Of a stretch of DNA of 64,000 nucleotides, positions 58,263-64,000 are shown one piece after another. A program made the position numbers and the translations under genes. Positions within the stretch are counted from its first letter, which is position 1, and the number at the start of each line of letters is the position of its first letter. Below the pieces are notes generated by a model. It was given only the letters and a program-made list of their open reading frames with translations. It ran no database searches and was not told where the DNA came from. Origin of the DNA: Candidatus Kaiserbacteria bacterium. Lineage in GTDB: Bacteria > Patescibacteriota > Minisyncoccia > Phycocordibacterales > Phycocordibacteraceae. The DNA is taken from the NCBI GenBank assembly GCA_963813065.1, contig CAWEXP010000010.1, positions 7,276-71,275 on the forward strand, read 5' to 3'.

Positions 58263-59395
58263 CTATTTGAGCGGGCTGGCAGAAGAGTAACAAGCGAATG
58301 TCGCGTCGAGCATTTTGGATTGGGAAAAATTGGTGAGGACGCAAGTGTGGAGTGCTGTGCCGAGTGCGTGCGCCCTGGCGGGGTCGGTGATGAGCGATTC
58401 GAGCGCGGCGGCGGTCGCGTGGGGATTGTGTGGCGGAACGAGGAGCCCCGAGACGCCGTCCTCGATAATCTCTGGGATGCCGCCGACTCTTGTCGCGACG
58501 ACGGGGAGCGAAGCACAGCCAGCTTCGAGGATGGCGTAGGCGAGCGCTTCGCTCTGCGAGGTGTGCAAAAAGATATCAAATGCTTTTTCGTATTGCGGCG
58601 CATCGGCGACGAAGCCCCGCAAGAATGCGCGATCGCGCAGGCCGAGTGCGCCAATAAGTGATTCTAGTTTTGCGCGTTCACTACCTTCGCCGAGTACGAC
58701 GAGGAGCAGGTTGGGATAGATGCCCACGAGCATTTTCAGCGCATGTAGCGCATCCTCGATGCGTTTAGTCGGGTGGAGCTCCGAGACCATACCAATCCAG
58801 AAAGCGTGCTCGTGGCCGGGCAGAAGCGATGCGCGCGCGTCTGCGCGCGCGCGAAGTTCTTTGCACAAAATGCCGTTGTGAATGACCGTAAATTTTTTCC
58901 CGATAAAAAGAAAGCGCACCACATCATCACGCACTTTCTCGGAGACGCAGATGGTCTCGTGCGAGAGCAGGATGGTCAGCCAGGAGAAAAAGCGCATGCC
59001 GATTTTCGAGAGGGTTCCACGCGGTGCATTGAACTCCCATCCGTGTGCCGTGAATAGTATTTTCTTAATTCCGGCCATGCGCCCCGCGAGACACCCGAGC
59101 CCGCCCGCCTTCGCGCTGTTGGCGTGTACCACATCCGGTTTTTCTGTGCGGATTATGTGCAGGAGCGAAAAGAGGGAGCCAAAGGTGAGGAGGTCGCCGA
59201 CGAAACTGCGGCGTTGTCGCGCACCAAAGGGCACGGTCCGGACGCCTGCCACCTGGAGCTTCTCGGTCAACGGGCCTTCACTCCCCACTGCCACGACGAC
59301 GTCGTTCCCGCGTCTCGCGCCGCCGTCGCGAGGTCGTAGACATACCGCTGGGCGCCACCCCAGTTGGCCTTCGTGATCACATAGAGGATTTTCAT
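58263..59395 (-). CDS. glycosyltransferase family 4 (frameshift in a G-run near 59300)
   Basis: N-terminus MKILYVITKANWGGAQRY and the GT4 C-terminal motif (EALAYAILEAGCASLPVVATRVGGIPEIIEDGVSGLLV). The 747 aa ORF 58263-60506 is an artefact fused to the antisense of the next gene. Confidence 0.7.
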
Positions 59396-59456
59396 GTAGT
59401 ACAAAGGATAACCTCCCGTTGCCGCGTGAAGTTATATACTGTATAAGCCTAACACA

Positions 59457-60807
59457 ATGATTATCGGCGGTAGACGAGCTTCGGCCCTGCTTCTTGCGGG
59501 CGATATTGCGACATTCGCCGTGTCGCTCTTCCTCGCGCTCTGGGTGCGTTCGGGCGCAGTACCGACGCACACGCTTGCGCCCTACCTCGCACCCTTCACT
59601 TTCCTCTTCGCGCTCTGGATTCTCGTGTTCTATATGGCTGGGCTCTACAGCAAGCGCCTCGCACTCTTCCCGAGTCGCGTGCCCGACACTCTCCTCGCAA
59701 CACAATTGCTGAACATTCTGCTCGCCGGACTTTTCTTCTTTTTCATTCCCATCTTCGGCATCGCGCCCAAGACCATCCTCGTGGTCTATCTCCTGGTCTC
59801 GCTCGCACTGATTTATTTCTGGCGATTGGTGCTCTATCCGAAAATCTCGGTGGCGCCGCGCCCCGAGCGCGCGCTCCTCATCGCCACCGGCCCCGAGGCA
59901 GAAGAGCTTGCCGCTGAGGTGAATGGCAATCCGCGTTATGGGCTTATTTTTTCGATTCGGCCCGATGGTGCAATCTCGCCCGAGACGCTCTTGCGCGACA
60001 TCAAGGCGGCGCGCGCCACGACGCTCGTCGTCGATACGTCGTGCTCTGCGGCGGAGCCCGTGCTCGCACTCATTTACACGCTCACACACGTCGAGCGACA
60101 ATTGCAGTTCGCCGCATTCGAGGATATCTACGAAGAAGTTTTCGATCGCGTTCTGCTCTCGCAGATTGCCCACGCGTGGTTTCTCGAGAACGTGCTCTCT
60201 TCGCGTTCGCCGCTCTATGTATCGGCTAAGCGACTCATCGATATTGTCGGCGGCGTTCTCATGGGCATCGTGACGCTCATCATACTGCCGTTCGTAGCGC
60301 TCGCTCTGCAGTGCGAATGGCCGGGGCCAGTCTTTCTCGCGCAAGAGCGATTCGCCAAGGGCGGGCGGAAGATGCGTACGTATAAGTTCCGCACGATGCG
60401 GTACGGCGATCGCGCCGCATGGCAGGGCGAAGATGAAAATAAAGTGAGCGCGGTGGGCGCATTCTTGCGCAAGACGTCGACTCGATGAATTTCCACAATT
60501 TCTCAATGTGCTCAGCGGCGAGTTGTCACTTATTGGCCCGCGGAACGACCTTGTCGCGCTCGGTACGCGCCTCGCGGAGTCGATTCCATATTACAACGCA
60601 CGGTACTTGGTCCAGCCGGGCATCACCGGCTGGGCGCAGATTAATCAGCAGTACGAGCCGGGCAATCTCTCGCCGCAATCGATTGAGGAAACAAAGCGCC
60701 GTCTCGCCTACGATTTCTACTATTTGAAACACCGCTCGCTCGGTCTCGACATTGTCATCGGATTGAAGACGGTGAAACGAATGTTCTTCCGCTTGAGTTC
60801 TTGGTAA
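59457..60807 (+). CDS. polyprenyl-phosphate glycosyl-1-phosphate transferase (WbaP/EpsB-type bacterial sugar transferase; frameshift near 60483)
   Basis: N-terminal TM helices, then the sugar-transferase domain (KRLIDIVGGVLMGIVTLIILP...YKFRTM...FLRKTS | LDEFPQFLNVLSGELSLIGPR) split across two frames. Confidence 0.8.
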
Positions 60808-60808
60808 C

Positions 60809-61933
60809 ATGAACAGTATGAAGCACACGGTTCTGATTACGGGCGCGGCAGGCTACATCGGCGCGATGCTCGTCGAGCGTTTCGCCGCGCGTGCTGACGT
60901 CGCGCGCGTTATTGGCCTCGACAAGGAACCGCTCCCCGATTTCCTCGCGAAGGAGCCGAAGCTGGTCTACCTGCAGATGAACACCGTCGACGATTGGCAG
61001 GAGCAGGCACGCGCCCATCATCCGGATATCGTCATCCATACCGCGTGGCAGATCCGCGAACTCTACGGCAAGCGCGCGCTCGAGTGGCATTGGAACATCG
61101 ATGGTTCCGACAACGTCTTCGACTTCGCATTCGGCGACTCAGTCGCACGCCTCATCCATTTCTCGACGGTTGCATCCTACGGCGCCTTCCCAGAAAACTC
61201 AGTCGATCACTTCTTCATCGAGGACGAACCATTTCGAAAAACGAATTATTTGTATGCAGAAGAGAAAAGAATCGCCGAGGAACACCTCAAGGCGCGCTAC
61301 GAAAAAAGCGACAAGAGGACCATGGTCGCAATTGTGCGACCTGCCGCGATTACCGGTCCGCGCGGGCGCTTCATGCGTATTCGTTTCGGGCTCCAATCCG
61401 CGCTCTCCGGACAGCTCTCGGCTAAAACCGCCGAAGGCGGTTCGCCCGGCGTGTCGCAGAGCGACGCGCTTAGGGGTTCCTTCGTGTACAGTCTCGTCTC
61501 GGCGATGGTCGGCTTCGTCCCCGTGACGCCGAAGTGGCTCAGACAATTTATTCATGAGGATGATGTGGTCGCCATTGTCGAGAAACTGGCGTTCGATCCG
61601 CTCAACTTCGACTACGAAGCATTCAATATTTGTCCGCCCGTATCAGTCGTGCGCGGCGCCGATATGGCGAGGGCGGTAGGGAAGCGGACACTCCCTATCT
61701 ATCCGTGGATGGTGCGTACCGCCTTTTTCGTCTTCTGGCATCTAACGCGCGGCAAGGTACCGACCTGCCCCGGCTCGTGGAAGGGCTATTCGTATCCGAT
61801 TGCGGTGAATGGGTCGAAGCTCACCCGCGTGATTGGCTATCAGTATCGCTATGCCGGCCTCGATGCATTCCGCTATACTGACGGTATGTATGAATCTTTC
61901 GTGCCCGAACAGGCGCGGAGGCACAAGCCATGA
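60809..61933 (+). CDS. NAD-dependent epimerase/dehydratase family protein (SDR)
   Basis: Rossmann motif TGAAGYIG at the N-terminus and SDR architecture. 374 aa. Confidence 0.7.
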   Translation: MNSMKHTVLITGAAGYIGAMLVERFAARADVARVIGLDKEPLPDFLAKEPKLVYLQMNTVDDWQEQARAHHPDIVIHTAWQIRELYGKRALEWHWNIDGSDNVFDFAFGDSVARLIHFSTVASYGAFPENSVDHFFIEDEPFRKTNYLYAEEKRIAEEHLKARYEKSDKRTMVAIVRPAAITGPRGRFMRIRFGLQSALSGQLSAKTAEGGSPGVSQSDALRGSFVYSLVSAMVGFVPVTPKWLRQFIHEDDVVAIVEKLAFDPLNFDYEAFNICPPVSVVRGADMARAVGKRTLPIYPWMVRTAFFVFWHLTRGKVPTCPGSWKGYSYPIAVNGSKLTRVIGYQYRYAGLDAFRYTDGMYESFVPEQARRHKP

Positions 61934-62760
61934 TCATCGACGGCAACGCTATCGCAAAAGAAATTCTCGCCCGGACCAAGGCGCGTGCCGATGCGCTCCC
62001 GCAGTCGCCGCGTGTGGTGGCAGTCGTCGTCAACGAGACGCCCGCGACGCTCTCCTATTTGAAAATAAAAGAATCGCGTGCCGAGGAAGCGGGGTGCCTG
62101 TTCTCTGTCGCGCGTAAGGACGGCCTTTTCACCGCACCTTCGCTCGTCACCGAGGTCCAGAATACACCGGGTGATGCCCTCATCATCCAGCTCCCCTTGC
62201 CGCCCGCACTCAATACGCAATTTGTTTGCGACGCGATACCGCTCGCCAAAGATGCCGACGTGCTCTCGTCTGCGGCACGAGACAAGTTCGAACGCGGCGA
62301 TGCACTCGCACTCCTGCCGCCCGTGGTCGGTGCAGTCCGCCAGATACTCGCCGTCGGCTCGGTTGATCCAAAAGGGAAGAAGGCGGTGGTGATTGGCGCA
62401 GGATTCCTCGTCGGCGCACCGGTCGCCGTCTGGCTTACGCAACAAGGTGCGGAGGTTATGGTCATCACGCTTGAGTCAGGCACCGAAAATCTTTCGACCG
62501 CACTCGCGACTGCGGATATTATTGTCTCGGGTGCCGGTTCGCCGAAATTAATAACACCGGAGATAATTAAAGAAGGTGTCGTGCTGATTGATGCGGGCAC
62601 GGCCGAGTCCGACGGCACCATTGTCGGCGATGCTGATCCTGCCTGTGCCGCAAAGTGCGCGATCTTCACGCCCGTTCCGGGTGGTGTCGGCCCTATCTCG
62701 GTCGCCTGCCTCTTTGAGAACGCAGTACTTCTCGCAGAAAGCAAACCCTTTATTTCTTGA
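61930..62760 (+). CDS. folD: bifunctional methylenetetrahydrofolate dehydrogenase/cyclohydrolase
   Basis: N-terminal IIDGNAIAKEI and the C-terminal NAD(P)-binding region (VVIGAGFLVGAPVA ... PVPGGVGPISVA). Confidence 0.85.
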   Translation: MIIDGNAIAKEILARTKARADALPQSPRVVAVVVNETPATLSYLKIKESRAEEAGCLFSVARKDGLFTAPSLVTEVQNTPGDALIIQLPLPPALNTQFVCDAIPLAKDADVLSSAARDKFERGDALALLPPVVGAVRQILAVGSVDPKGKKAVVIGAGFLVGAPVAVWLTQQGAEVMVITLESGTENLSTALATADIIVSGAGSPKLITPEIIKEGVVLIDAGTAESDGTIVGDADPACAAKCAIFTPVPGGVGPISVACLFENAVLLAESKPFIS

Positions 62761-62783
62761 GTAATTCGTTTATACTCCCCTCC

Positions 62784-64000
62784 ATGACTCGCTATAAGGT
62801 CGTCGCACTCATTGCCCTCGTCGTGGGCGTTTTGCTTGCCTACTTCGTCTCCGCGACCGAGGCGAATCCCTACAGCGCCTACCACTTCAAGCTCGGCCTC
62901 GACCTCGCAGGCGGCACCGAGCTCGTCTACAAGGCCGATATGAGCCAGACGGCGCCCGCCGAGCAGTCCGACGCGCTGGCGGCTCTCCAGGGCGTCATCG
63001 AACGACGCGTGAACCTCTTCGGCGTCGCCGAGCCCTTGGTCCAGACCGATAGTGCGAGCGCCCTCTCGGGCACCACCGAGGACCGGCTCATCGTCGACCT
63101 ACCGGGCGTTGCAGATATTAATGCCGCCGTCGCCGCACTCGGCCAGACGCCGACCTTGGAATTCAAACTCGCCACCACCTCGACAAGCTCGGGGCAAGCC
63201 ACCTCCACAATCAGTTACGTATCAACTGGTTTGACCGGTCGCTATCTCTCGAAGGCCGCGCTCCAGTTCGGTACCGGCGCGACCGCCGGTCTCGCGTCAC
63301 CGCAAGTTTTGCTCACCTTCAACAGCGATGGCGCAAAACTGTTTGAACAAATCACCGCCGCCAATGTCGGCCACACCCTCGCCATCTTCCTCGACGGCCA
63401 GCCGATTTCGACCCCAACCATTCAAGAGGCGATTCCGGGAGGGCAGGCGACCATCACCGGCAATTTCTCCGCCGCCGAAGCCCGCGACCTCGTGCGCAAT
63501 CTTAACTTCGGTGCGCTCCCCGTTCCGATTTCACTTGAGAGTTCCTCGGCAGTCGGCCCGACGCTCGGCTCGGCGGCGATTGCGGCGGGCGTCGCGGCAG
63601 GTCTCGTTGGATTCCTCATCATCGCGCTTTTCATGATTGCGTGGTATCGCTTCGCGGGCGTCATCGCGGTGGTCGCGCTCGCGGAGTATCTCGCCTTCAT
63701 GCTCGCGGTTATCAAAGTGATCCCGATTACGCTCACCGCCTCGGGCATCGCGGGGCTCATCATCTCACTCGGCATCGCGGTGGATGCCAACGTGCTTATC
63801 TTCGAGCGCACCAAAGAGGAACTCCGCGAGGGCAAAGAACCGCGTGAGGCAGTGCACATCGGTTTCAATCGCGCGTGGACGGCGATTCGCGACGGCCACC
63901 TCACGATGATTATCGCGGGCGTGATTCTCTTCTGGCTCGGCACTTCCATCGTCCAGGGCTTCGCGCTCGTCTTCATCCTCGGCGTGCTCGCCTCATTCGT
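62784..64000 (+). CDS. secD: protein translocase subunit SecD (3' end outside window)
   Basis: Signal-anchor then periplasmic domain (LGLDLAGGTELVYKAD...), followed by the SecD/SecF TM bundle (AIAAGVAAGLVGFLIIALFMIAWYRFAGVIAVVALAEY...). The ORF runs off the window end. Confidence 0.75.
   Translation, partial: MTRYKVVALIALVVGVLLAYFVSATEANPYSAYHFKLGLDLAGGTELVYKADMSQTAPAEQSDALAALQGVIERRVNLFGVAEPLVQTDSASALSGTTEDRLIVDLPGVADINAAVAALGQTPTLEFKLATTSTSSGQATSTISYVSTGLTGRYLSKAALQFGTGATAGLASPQVLLTFNSDGAKLFEQITAANVGHTLAIFLDGQPISTPTIQEAIPGGQATITGNFSAAEARDLVRNLNFGALPVPISLESSSAVGPTLGSAAIAAGVAAGLVGFLIIALFMIAWYRFAGVIAVVALAEYLAFMLAVIKVIPITLTASGIAGLIISLGIAVDANVLIFERTKEELREGKEPREAVHIGFNRAWTAIRDGHLTMIIAGVILFWLGTSIVQGFALVFILGVLASF

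Noticed and set aside
58263-60506. 747 aa minus-strand ORF
   Set aside because: Only the 58263-59395 part is a real gene (GT4 glycosyltransferase). The remainder is the stop-free antisense of the sugar-transferase gene, fused through a G-run frameshift. High GC suppresses stops.

Overview
This 64 kb window is high-GC (~60%) bacterial chromosome with the hallmarks of a Candidate Phyla Radiation (Parcubacteria-like) genome. It uses the standard genetic code (TGA is a stop). Features pointing to CPR are: a 23S-5S rRNA operon with no 16S upstream; four intervening sequences in the 23S, two encoding LAGLIDADG homing endonucleases; rplK with no adjacent rplA and rplJ-rplL at a separate locus; and many small membrane or secreted hypothetical proteins alongside giant repeat-rich surface proteins. 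Housekeeping content includes argS, ileS, glyQS, metG, secE-nusG-rplK, a dcd-thyX-tmk thymidylate cluster, recO, recA, ftsK, rpsF-ssb-rpsR, efp, an ECF sigma factor, rodA/ftsW, a polysaccharide-synthesis cluster (GT4, polyprenyl-phosphate sugar transferase, epimerase), folD and a 3'-truncated secD. The main accessory content is a diversity-generating retroelement (DGR). It comprises a reverse transcriptase with the DGR-specific LGxxxSQ motif, an Avd-like four-helix-bundle gene, and a 105 bp template repeat whose mismatches to a variable repeat at the 3' end of a small target gene fall almost only at TR adenines. A second, unrelated TR/VR pair sits 25 kb away on a lipoprotein gene with no nearby RT. 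Both target genes share a distinctive TTGACA-N16-TATCAT-like promoter with a conserved CGTTCGTG extended -10. IleRS carries a ~230 aa in-frame insertion encoding a complete histidine-phosphatase (PGAM-like) domain, and a truncated paralogous fragment lies elsewhere. An IS200-like HUH transposase on a low-GC island is flanked by 27 bp repeats, and an orphan four-helix-bundle gene lies between nusG and rplK. At least 11 genes, including the essential ssb, rpsR and efp, are split by single-nucleotide indels, mostly at homopolymers or CTCTCT runs. The contig therefore looks indel-prone, and frameshifts in the DGR genes should not be over-interpreted.
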